Below, in pieces: positions 36,188-44,044 of a stretch of DNA of 64,000 nt. The position numbers and the translations under genes were made by a program. Every line of letters begins with the position of its first letter. Position 1 is the stretch's first letter. The notes below the pieces were generated by a model. That model did no database searches, had not been told where the DNA came from, and was given only the letters and a program-made list of their open reading frames with translations. The DNA is from an uncultured Eubacterium sp. (lineage in GTDB: Bacteria > Bacillota > Clostridia > Oscillospirales > Acutalibacteraceae). The stretch is taken from assembly GCA_934561395.1 (NCBI GenBank), contig CAKTGF010000004.1, forward strand, positions 170,936 through 234,935. Direction: 5' to 3'.

Positions 36188-37531
36188 TCAGTCTTTTACA
36201 ATTTCCTTTAAAAGCTCGTTGTGGTGCTCCCCTTGCTTTGCCCTGACTATTTTAGAGGGAATAAAGCAAAATGCCAAAACGATCGCTGAGCCTAAGAACA
36301 GCTCCATGGGGTAAACAATATCACTTTCGGCAACACCCTTGTTTACAAGGTTAATAATAACCTGTGCCACAATCGGGCCGATAATCATGGGTATTAAAAC
36401 ATACATTACCATTCTGCAGCCCTGGAACAAGCCCTCCTTGCCCTTGGGTATGTAATCACGGTAGGAGGCGGTAAACAGCCCCGCCATAACAAGGCTTACA
36501 CCTATAACAAGTATGCCGCCGACAATAAGTATTGCCAGCTCGGCTGTTGAATTTTTATCCACAAAAAACTTTGCGGACCAAAGCACAACACAGCCCACAA
36601 TGCCTGCAATAACGGTTGGGTAATAAAAGTGCTTTTTGCCGTATTTATCCATAGCGGTTGAAACTATAACCGAGCCGATTGCCGCAACAAGCATAATAAT
36701 GCCAATGGGGATAATGTAGTTTGTAATTTTAAGCGTGCCCTCAACAATGTTGAACAGATAGTTTATGTAGATTTGATACGCAATTGCCGACACCATATTA
36801 CCCGACAGGCAAATGTAAAGCATTTTGTTTTCTTTAATAGTTGAGGGCTTAAGGGAATAAATAAAATCGCTGAAAAAGCTTGCCTCATGATTTGGAACAA
36901 TACCCGGCTTATCACGCATAATGGCAACGCCGATTAAGCCGCCCACCGTTGGGATTATACCCATAATAACGAAAAACTTTTTCCAATCGTCAACAGTTGC
37001 GCTTGCGTTGGTTAGGGAGTCAAATCCGCCGAAAACAATTGCAATTGCAAAAAGGGGCATTATAGCCAAAATGGTATCTATTTTTGCCCTGTTGGCGGTG
37101 TTTGTAACATCTGTTATCCAGGTGTTATATGCGGCGTCGTTACTGATTGAGCCGATAACCGACATTATACAGTCCATTGCAACAACCAAAATTACAAGGG
37201 GTAAAACCATTTCCTTGCTGGGCTTCATGGGCACCAAAGCAAATGCGGCAATAGTAAAGCCCCAAACCACATAGCCCCAGCAAATGAAAACCTTGCGTTT
37301 TCCCTTTCTGTCGCACAGGGCGCCGCCAATAAGGGTTGAAAGGGTGGCAAACGCCGCAGAAAACCCAACAAGCAAGGTTGTTGCGTAAGGCGCCTTTGTA
37401 ATTTCGTTTTGCATAAACCGTGAAAAATACATGTTTTCAACGACCCATGCAACCTGACCCACTAAGCCGAACAGCACAATGGACGCCCAAGTTCTGCCGC
37501 TTAGCTTACCTAATTTTTTAGTATCATTCAT
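36188..37531 (-). CDS. MFS-type transporter (GPH / sugar:cation symporter-like)
   Basis: 447 aa with ~12 predicted TM helices and a 'DRKGKRK' loop motif between TM2 and TM3, typical of the MFS. Confidence 0.6.
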   Translation of the reverse strand: MNDTKKLGKLSGRTWASIVLFGLVGQVAWVVENMYFSRFMQNEITKAPYATTLLVGFSAAFATLSTLIGGALCDRKGKRKVFICWGYVVWGFTIAAFALVPMKPSKEMVLPLVILVVAMDCIMSVIGSISNDAAYNTWITDVTNTANRAKIDTILAIMPLFAIAIVFGGFDSLTNASATVDDWKKFFVIMGIIPTVGGLIGVAIMRDKPGIVPNHEASFFSDFIYSLKPSTIKENKMLYICLSGNMVSAIAYQIYINYLFNIVEGTLKITNYIIPIGIIMLVAAIGSVIVSTAMDKYGKKHFYYPTVIAGIVGCVVLWSAKFFVDKNSTAELAILIVGGILVIGVSLVMAGLFTASYRDYIPKGKEGLFQGCRMVMYVLIPMIIGPIVAQVIINLVNKGVAESDIVYPMELFLGSAIVLAFCFIPSKIVRAKQGEHHNELLKEIVKD

Positions 37532-37533
37532 AA

Positions 37534-37731
37534 CTATTTCTCCTTATAGTACAAATGGCAATGGCAAAAGCCCTCATAATTTTCATCAGCAATTTGCTCC
37601 CTGAACTCCTTGCAAATGCAAAGGTTATCCTCGCACTTCTCAAGCCTGCAGGGGCAGTAGCCGCCTTTTTTAAGCATTGCGGCATAAATTTTGTCGGCAA
37701 TTTCTTTATTTGGATTTCTGTAAATTTTCAT
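37534..37731 (-). CDS. Ferredoxin-thioredoxin-reductase catalytic-subunit-like small Fe-S/disulfide protein
   Basis: 65 aa with CPC(R)...CxC...CHC cysteine spacing ('GGYCPCRLEKCEDNLCICKE...GFCHCH'), matching the FTR-beta catalytic motif. Its stop is 2 nt from the MFS start. Confidence 0.5.
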   Translation of the reverse strand: MKIYRNPNKEIADKIYAAMLKKGGYCPCRLEKCEDNLCICKEFREQIADENYEGFCHCHLYYKEK

Positions 37732-37842
37732 AATATCGTCCTTTTTCTCGGTATTTCTTAATCTTATATAATACCATTATTGCCCATTTGTCAATACAAT
37801 ATAACAAAATTTATAAGTCTGATTTGTTTAAAAAGTGCCGCT

Positions 37843-37880
37843 TAAAAATAACAAAAGCCGGCCTTAACACCCAGTTAAAG
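37843..37880 (-). terminator. Rho-independent terminator of gdhA
   Basis: An 11-bp CCGGCTTTAAC/GTTAAGGCCGG stem (one G·U pair) in minus-strand RNA, followed by a T-rich tract. Confidence 0.7.
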
Positions 37881-37896
37881 CCGGTTTTCTGTAAGA

Positions 37897-39246
37897 TTAA
37901 TAAATACCCTGTGCCATCATTGCCTCTGCAACCTTTTCAAAGCCGGCAATATTAGCGCCTGCCACAAGGTTGTAGCCAAGGTTATATTTTTCCGCAGCCT
38001 CAACAGAATGCTTATGAATATCTATCATTGCGTGATGAAGTCTGTTGTCAACCTCCTCGGCAGTCCATGAAAGTCTTTGGCTGTTTTGGCTCATTTCAAG
38101 GCCTGAAACGCAAACGCCGCCTGCATTAACAGCCTTTGACGGTGCAACAATAACGCCCTCGGTGTCTATCAAATAGTTAAGGGCATCCTCTGTGGTGGGC
38201 ATATTTGCAACCTCTATGTAATACTTTGTGCCGTTTGAAACAATCTGCTTTGCTTCCTTAATGCCAACCTCATTTTGGGTTGCGCAAGGCAAAGCAACAT
38301 CCACCTTAATGCCCCACGGTTTTTCGCCCTTAAAGAAAGGCACACCGAATTTGTCGGCATAGTCCCGGCATCTGTCCCTGCCGGAGGCACGCATTTCAAG
38401 AAGATAATCAAGTTTCTCCTTGGTTACAATACCGTCCTTATCATAAACAAAGCCGTCAGGACCTGAAATTGTAACTGCCTTGCCGCCAAGTTCGGCAATC
38501 TTTTTGCATGCGCCCCAAGCAACATTACCAAAGCCGGAAACTGCAAAGGTTTTTCCCTCGATTGAGTCGCCCTCGTGCTTAAACACCTCGCAGGTGTAAT
38601 AAATTGCGCCGTAGCCTGTTGCCTCAGGCCTGATAAGCGAGCCGCCGTAAGCAAGCCCCTTACCTGTAATTACGCCGTTTTCAAATGCGTCTGTAATGCG
38701 CTTGTATTGACCGAACAAAAAGCCGATTTCTCTTGCGCCAACGCCGATATCGCCTGCGGGAACATCAATGTTAGGGCCGATATGCCTGTAAAGTTCTGTC
38801 ATAAATGCTTGACAAAAACGCATAATTTCGCCCTTGCTCTTGCCCCTCGGGTCAAAATCAGAGCCGCCCTTTGCGCCGCCCATTGGCAGGCCGGTTAATG
38901 AATTTTTAAAGGTTTGCTCAAATCCCAGGAAATACATAATTGACGAATTTACGCTGGGATGAAATCTAAGGCCGCCCTTATAGGGGCCGATGCTTGAATT
39001 AAACTGTACACGATAGCCACGATTAATTTGGGTCTTGCCTGCATCGTCAACCCAGGCAATCCTAAATGTGATAAGTCGGTCAGGTTCCACCATACGGGAT
39101 AAAAGGTCATCCTCAACATACTCAGGATGCTCCACAATTACCGCTTCGAGAGAACGAAAAACTTCTTTTACGCATTGAATGTACTCAGGCTTTGAGCAAT
39201 CACGCCGTTCAACTGTTTTTATAACATTTTCAATATACTCGTTCAT
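37897..39246 (-). CDS. gdhA: NADP-specific glutamate dehydrogenase
   Basis: 'GGAKGGSDFDPRGKS' Glu/Leu/Phe/Val dehydrogenase active-site Lys motif, and a 'GFGNVAWGA' NAD(P) fold. The start MNEYIEN is preceded by a GGAGG RBS. The track ORF begins 42 nt upstream. Confidence 0.9.
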   Translation of the reverse strand: MNEYIENVIKTVERRDCSKPEYIQCVKEVFRSLEAVIVEHPEYVEDDLLSRMVEPDRLITFRIAWVDDAGKTQINRGYRVQFNSSIGPYKGGLRFHPSVNSSIMYFLGFEQTFKNSLTGLPMGGAKGGSDFDPRGKSKGEIMRFCQAFMTELYRHIGPNIDVPAGDIGVGAREIGFLFGQYKRITDAFENGVITGKGLAYGGSLIRPEATGYGAIYYTCEVFKHEGDSIEGKTFAVSGFGNVAWGACKKIAELGGKAVTISGPDGFVYDKDGIVTKEKLDYLLEMRASGRDRCRDYADKFGVPFFKGEKPWGIKVDVALPCATQNEVGIKEAKQIVSNGTKYYIEVANMPTTEDALNYLIDTEGVIVAPSKAVNAGGVCVSGLEMSQNSQRLSWTAEEVDNRLHHAMIDIHKHSVEAAEKYNLGYNLVAGANIAGFEKVAEAMMAQGIY

Positions 39247-39423
39247 AATATGAGTCCTCCTTATAGCATTTCGTGAGCCACCACTCACCTATAAAATAAC
39301 ACTTTTGTTATGAAATGTCAATAATTATTTTTAACATTTATTGGTAAATGTGTATAATTTGACAATGCATAAAGAAAAAGCAGAGCATAAAGCTGTTTAA
39401 GCTCTATGCTCTGCTTAAATCTA

Positions 39424-40386
39424 TTATTTTAACCTTTTTTTCAGTTCATCCACAGTAAGGCATTTTGCATTTTTCAAAAGTTCCTTATATCTATCCATAT
39501 TATATTGTGAATGTTCCGTTTCCTTTGACCATAAATGCACCGTCCAGCTGCTTTCGCCGAAATATGTATTTAAAAGCACGCCTATTACCGCCATTTTAGC
39601 CTTGGATAAAATATCAAAATCATAAACAGCCTGCAAATAATATTTGTAAACAAAATACGCCGCCACATTTTCATTTGAAATGGTATTTTCAATGTTTTTG
39701 TATGTGGGATTTTTTACCCTTTCCACCCATTCCCTGTTAATAACCTCCGGGTTTTTGAAAACATCAATAAAATCAATTTCATCATTGCCGTTAGGATATT
39801 CGCCAAGTTCGTTCTGAACATCTGCGGCCAAATCCAAAATATCGGCTAAGCGCTCATTAAGCGGCTTTTCATCATTTTGCAAAATTTTAAATGTGTTTTT
39901 CCTTGCTGATACAAGCTTAAAATATGTTTCGGCGTCAATATCGTTAAGGCTTGGTGGCTCGGCATTGATTTCATCCTCAAAGGTTAAATGGCCGTTAAGG
40001 TTATAAATCATATCTGCCGCCACCGGGCAGGAAAAGGAAATGCCTATTTCCCTTGTGCCGCCGAAATCATAGATAAACCTGGGAAAGGTTCGGCAGGTGT
40101 ATGGTGTGTGCTCGCCGCCGATTGCAATGTGCATATCGCAAAGATTTTCGTCATTTAAAAACGGGCAGCGCTTTTTAGGGGCAAGGGTAAATATGGTGTT
40201 ATCAAATTCATCCTTATCAAGCACACGGTCAATTCGCTGCTTAATTTCAAGGCTGCTGTCAAGCTTTGAGTAATACATCAGTGATTTTTCGTCTGCATCA
40301 ACCTCCCAGCCTTGGCAGCAGGAATCCGGGCAGGCGCCGGCAATGCATTTAAAATCCTTATAATAAACAGGTTTAACAATCCTCAT
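39424..40386 (-). CDS. FliB/YkgJ-family Cys-cluster protein (annotated in databases as flagellin lysine-N-methylase-like)
   Basis: N-terminal 'YYKDFKCIAGACPDSCCQGWEVDAD' matches the CxxxxCxxxCC zinc/iron-chelating motif that begins FliB-family proteins. There is no flagellar context here. Confidence 0.5.
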   Translation of the reverse strand: MRIVKPVYYKDFKCIAGACPDSCCQGWEVDADEKSLMYYSKLDSSLEIKQRIDRVLDKDEFDNTIFTLAPKKRCPFLNDENLCDMHIAIGGEHTPYTCRTFPRFIYDFGGTREIGISFSCPVAADMIYNLNGHLTFEDEINAEPPSLNDIDAETYFKLVSARKNTFKILQNDEKPLNERLADILDLAADVQNELGEYPNGNDEIDFIDVFKNPEVINREWVERVKNPTYKNIENTISNENVAAYFVYKYYLQAVYDFDILSKAKMAVIGVLLNTYFGESSWTVHLWSKETEHSQYNMDRYKELLKNAKCLTVDELKKRLK

Positions 40387-41437
40387 TAAAATTCACGCTC
40401 GCTAAATAATTATTTTTGTATTTTTTGCTTTTGGAAACATCCTTTATTACATTTATTTCAGGCGGCAGGTTAATGGTCTGACCGTCCCTTGATAGCTCCA
40501 GTTCCAGCAGTGCCCTGTCGCTCCAAAAGGGGAATACATCCAATTCAAAATATTGATTTTCATACAAAAGGCAATATCTGTTTTTAACAATTGGGTGCTT
40601 TTTCGGGTCGGCAAGCGCCTTTAGCTCGTTATATTTTTCAGGGCTGATAACGCTTTCGTACTCGTGGCATTTGTCACCGCTGATTCTTATTTTAACATTT
40701 TCAAAGCAGCAAAACGAGCTGCCTGCTCCCCTTTTTCTGATTCTGTGTGAGCCCGTATCCGACAACAAATAAATCTGCTCAATATCTGTTTTAAACATTT
40801 TATACTTTTTCAGTTTGTCTATATCCGGATATTCTATCAGATACTTAATTTCATGCTCAATATTGCTTAAAATGCAGTCAATTTCGGCAATTACGCCCTT
40901 TACTTTTTTCTCAATATCATCACATGAGCCTACAACCCTAAAATGAGGGTGCCCCACCCAGGCGTCAAGGAGCCTGTCCTGATTGATGAGCGCCTGCTCA
41001 TAGCTTTCATAGCGCTCGCAATCCTTTAAGTAATAGGAATTTGAGGGCAATTCCAGCATTACTGCAGCGTCATATCTGCTCCAAATTTTGATAAAATCTG
41101 TATTAAAATGCTTTTTCATTTTATCGCTCTGCGCCTTGTTAAGATAACTGAACGCATCTGCAATGCCACGGTCATAAAGCACTATGGCATTTTCGCAATT
41201 TTCGTTTTTCAGATGTAATTCGATTTGCTCCTCACGCTGAATTTGGCGTTCAATTACCGCCTTTTCAAAGGCATACATATCGTCACGTGGAAAGCCGCTC
41301 TTAATTACCTCTCTTGCACATTCCGGCATTACGGCAACAAAATAGTTTTTACTTTCATAATGCATTTTAAGATAATTTATAACAGTTGTTTTGCCCGAGC
41401 AGGGAGCGCCTGTAAGGGCTATTCTTGTAACATTCAT
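40373..41437 (-). CDS. Fusion protein: N-terminal NadR-like P-loop kinase (AAA_28) domain plus C-terminal CYTH (triphosphate tunnel metalloenzyme) domain
   Basis: Walker A 'LTGAPCSGKTTV' at the N-terminus. The C-terminal ~160 aa start 'HEIKYLIEYPD' (CYTH EI(E/K)-K-F/L opening motif) and carry charged beta-strand patterns 'RIRKRG...ELDVFP...ELELS'. The ORF overlaps the FliB-like gene by 14 nt. Confidence 0.5.
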   Translation of the reverse strand: MNVTRIALTGAPCSGKTTVINYLKMHYESKNYFVAVMPECAREVIKSGFPRDDMYAFEKAVIERQIQREEQIELHLKNENCENAIVLYDRGIADAFSYLNKAQSDKMKKHFNTDFIKIWSRYDAAVMLELPSNSYYLKDCERYESYEQALINQDRLLDAWVGHPHFRVVGSCDDIEKKVKGVIAEIDCILSNIEHEIKYLIEYPDIDKLKKYKMFKTDIEQIYLLSDTGSHRIRKRGAGSSFCCFENVKIRISGDKCHEYESVISPEKYNELKALADPKKHPIVKNRYCLLYENQYFELDVFPFWSDRALLELELSRDGQTINLPPEINVIKDVSKSKKYKNNYLASVNFNEDC

Positions 41438-41573
41438 TATATCACCGAATAACATTATAGCATAATTATTAATTGTTGTAAATTTGTGCAAAAAAATATT
41501 ATTTTGCTATTCAATTTTGCAATCTTATCTGCTATAATAGTGCTATTAAAAATTTTGGAGGTAAAGCTCGCCT

Positions 41574-43001
41574 TTGGCGGGCAAGCAAACTATGGGTGGC
41601 TTTTTTGGTGCAGTTTCAAGGGAAGACTGCGTATTTGATTTATTTTTCGGTGTAGATTATCATTCTCATTTGGGCACACGCCGTGCCGGTATGGCTGTTT
41701 ACAGCCCTGAGAATGGCTTTGACAAAGCAATTCACAACATCGAAAATGCTCCCTTCAGAACCAAGTTCACAAAAGAATCAAACGAAATGCACGGAACAAT
41801 GGGCATTGGATGCATAAGCGATTTTGAGGCACAGCCGATACTTGTGCGTTCACACCACGGCACATTCGCCATTGCAACCGTAGGTAAAATCAATAACAGC
41901 GACCAAATCGCTGACGAAATAATCAAGGGCAACACCCATTTCTTTGAAATGAAGGGCGGCGGAATTAACCAAACCGAGCTTGTTGCGGCAATTATTAATC
42001 AAAAGGAAAACTTTATTGACGGCATAAGATACGCCCAAGAGATTGTTGACGGCTCAATCAGCATGCTTATTTTAACCCCCAAGGGCATTTATGCCGCAAG
42101 GGACAGATTGGGCAGAACTCCAATCGTTATCGGTCAAAAGGACGAAGGCTACTGTGCAAGCTTTGAAAGCTTTGCCTTTCATAATTTGGGCTACACCGAA
42201 TATAAGGAGCTGGGCCCGGGCGAGGTAGTGGTTCTTTCAGCCGACGAGGGCGTAAAAACCTTAATTCCGCCCGGGGATAAAATGAAAATCTGCACCTTCC
42301 TTTGGATTTACTACGGCTATCCGTCATCATCATACGAGGGCATCAGCGTTGAAAAAATGCGCTATAACTGCGGTAAAAAGCTTGCAATGCGTGATAATGT
42401 TAAGCCTGACATTGTAGCAGGCGTTCCCGATTCGGGTATAGCACACGCAATCGGCTATTCAAACCAATCGGGTATTCCCTATTCAAGGCCTTTTGTTAAA
42501 TACACACCAACCTGGCCAAGGTCGTTTATGCCCACAACCCAAACCAAGCGCAACCTTATTGCTAAAATGAAACTTATCCCTATTCAGGATTTAATTGAGG
42601 GCAAGAGCCTGCTGCTTATTGATGACTCTATCGTAAGAGGAACGCAGCTGCGTGAAACCACCGAATACCTTTTTGCCAGCGGCGCAAAAGAGGTTCATAT
42701 CAGGCCTGCCTGCCCACCGTTGGTTTACGGCTGTAAATACCTTAACTTCTCACGCTCATCAAGCGAAATGGAGTTAATCACAAGGCGTGTTATAACACAG
42801 CTTGAGGGCAAGGAGCCTGACGATGAAATCTTAAAGGACTATGTAAACCCGGACAGCGAAAAATACCAAAGAATGATTGATGAAATCTGCAAGCAGCTGC
42901 ATTTCACATCACTCAGGTATCACAGGCTTGACGATATGCTTGAGGCTGTGGGAATTGACCCTGAAAACCTTTGCACATACTGCTGGGACGGTAAGGAATA
43001 A
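41574..43001 (+). CDS. Amidophosphoribosyltransferase (PurF)-like class-II amidotransferase paralog lacking the N-terminal catalytic cysteine
   Basis: Aligns with PurF throughout ('GVPDSGIAHAIGY', PRPP motif 'LLLIDDSIVRGTQ', C-terminal Cys pair 'CTYCWDGK'). The N-terminus is 'M(AGKQTM)GGFFG' where PurF has 'MCG(I/V)(V/F)G', so the Ntn nucleophile Cys is a Gly. The TTG start at 41574 has a GGAGG RBS at the right spacing. Confidence 0.65.
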   Translation: MAGKQTMGGFFGAVSREDCVFDLFFGVDYHSHLGTRRAGMAVYSPENGFDKAIHNIENAPFRTKFTKESNEMHGTMGIGCISDFEAQPILVRSHHGTFAIATVGKINNSDQIADEIIKGNTHFFEMKGGGINQTELVAAIINQKENFIDGIRYAQEIVDGSISMLILTPKGIYAARDRLGRTPIVIGQKDEGYCASFESFAFHNLGYTEYKELGPGEVVVLSADEGVKTLIPPGDKMKICTFLWIYYGYPSSSYEGISVEKMRYNCGKKLAMRDNVKPDIVAGVPDSGIAHAIGYSNQSGIPYSRPFVKYTPTWPRSFMPTTQTKRNLIAKMKLIPIQDLIEGKSLLLIDDSIVRGTQLRETTEYLFASGAKEVHIRPACPPLVYGCKYLNFSRSSSEMELITRRVITQLEGKEPDDEILKDYVNPDSEKYQRMIDEICKQLHFTSLRYHRLDDMLEAVGIDPENLCTYCWDGKE

Positions 43002-43018
43002 CAAGAATATCAGGACTA

Positions 43019-43050
43019 AAAAACACACCCCCGGTGGGGTGTGCTTTTTT
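43019..43050. terminator. Bidirectional rho-independent terminator
   Basis: AAAAACACACCCC-CGGT-GGGGTGTGCTTTTTT hairpin. It serves the purF-like gene on the plus strand and the lexA/small-ORF operon on the minus strand. Confidence 0.85.
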
Positions 43051-43056
43051 CACATA

Positions 43057-43218
43057 TTACATTGTTGTTCTTATCCAAAAGGCAAGCTCGGAAAGTTCCT
43101 CGCCTGAAAGCTCCCTTGAAAATTTAAGGTTAACAAGCTTTTTGCCGTTTTTGCTGATGCTGACATTATAGTCTGTCTTCTGTGTAATTGTATATCCGTT
43201 TGTTAATAAAGTTGCCAT
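43057..43218 (-). CDS. Small hypothetical protein (53 aa) co-transcribed downstream of lexA
   Basis: Not in the provided ORF track because it is shorter than 60 aa. Translation is ATG with a GGAGGG RBS 5 nt upstream: MATLLTNGYTITQKTDYNVSISKNGKKLVNLKFSRELSGEELSELAFWIRTTM. It lies between the lexA stop and the terminator. Confidence 0.45.
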   Translation of the reverse strand: MATLLTNGYTITQKTDYNVSISKNGKKLVNLKFSRELSGEELSELAFWIRTTM

Positions 43219-43227
43219 AATGCCCTC

Positions 43228-43833
43228 CTAAATTAAATCTTTAATAACCTTAACCGCAACACCCTGAATAACCAAATCGCCCTCAACGATAATATCGTCA
43301 AGTTCTTCGTTTTCGGGATGAAGAATAAATCGTTGATTTTTTACATCCTTGTAAAAGCGCTTTAATGTTGTTTCGTCACCGTAAAGGGCAACAACAATAT
43401 CGCCGTCACGGGCTACTGCCTGCCTGCGTATAACAACCAGGTCGCCGTCATCAATGCCTGCATTAATCATTGAATTGCCGCTGGCAGTGAGCATAAAAAA
43501 CTCGCCGTTGCCAAGCATGCTTGCAGGGAGCCTGAAATAATCAGTAATATTTTGCTCCGCAAAGGTTAATGCACCGCAGGAAATTGTACCCACAACGCCC
43601 ACATTAACACCCTCGGTGTCAAGCTTATCCATAGCATCGGTATGAATACCACGCCTGCCGTTATATTCGATTTCGCCGCTGTTGTTGAGCTGCTCAAGGT
43701 AGCGTTGAACAGTTGACTTGCCCACATTAAGCCGTGCGGCAATTTCCCTAACTGAGGGAGAACGGCCGAACTCAAAATAATATTCCTCGGCAAACTCCTT
43801 AATATCTGATAAAAGTTGTGGATTTTTCGGCAT
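43228..43833 (-). CDS. lexA: LexA-family SOS repressor (S24 peptidase)
   Basis: N-terminal HTH 'SVREIAARLNVGKSTVQRYLEQL' and C-terminal S24 'GNSMINAGIDDGDLVVI...TLKRF' (Ser/Lys dyad). The true start MPKNPQ follows a GTGAGGG RBS. The track ORF extends upstream through the promoter. Confidence 0.8.
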   Translation of the reverse strand: MPKNPQLLSDIKEFAEEYYFEFGRSPSVREIAARLNVGKSTVQRYLEQLNNSGEIEYNGRRGIHTDAMDKLDTEGVNVGVVGTISCGALTFAEQNITDYFRLPASMLGNGEFFMLTASGNSMINAGIDDGDLVVIRRQAVARDGDIVVALYGDETTLKRFYKDVKNQRFILHPENEELDDIIVEGDLVIQGVAVKVIKDLI

Positions 43834-43854
43834 TTTAAGCGCCCTCACTTTCGT

Positions 43855-43907
43855 GGGACATCTTGTCCCATTGACTACATTATAGCAGATGCCGCCTCCC
43901 CTGTCAA
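43855..43907 (-). promoter_or_regulatory. lexA sigma-A promoter (TTGACA-N17-TATAAT) with a perfect GGGACA-N3-TGTCCC palindrome between the -10 and the RBS
   Basis: Read in minus-strand sense, the -35 is at 43907-43902 and the -10 at 43884-43879. A 6-3-6 inverted repeat lies at 43869-43855, overlapping the predicted transcription start. Confidence 0.5.
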
Positions 43908-44044
43908 TAGGAATTTGTAATTTTTTGTTACTTTTTTGTAACTTGTTGTCGTAACTGAAAAGTATTCCTGCTAAATACTTATGCAAGCTCAATTAAAACT
44001 ATTCCAAATAAAAAAGCCCTATGCAATGCATAGGGTAATTTTTA

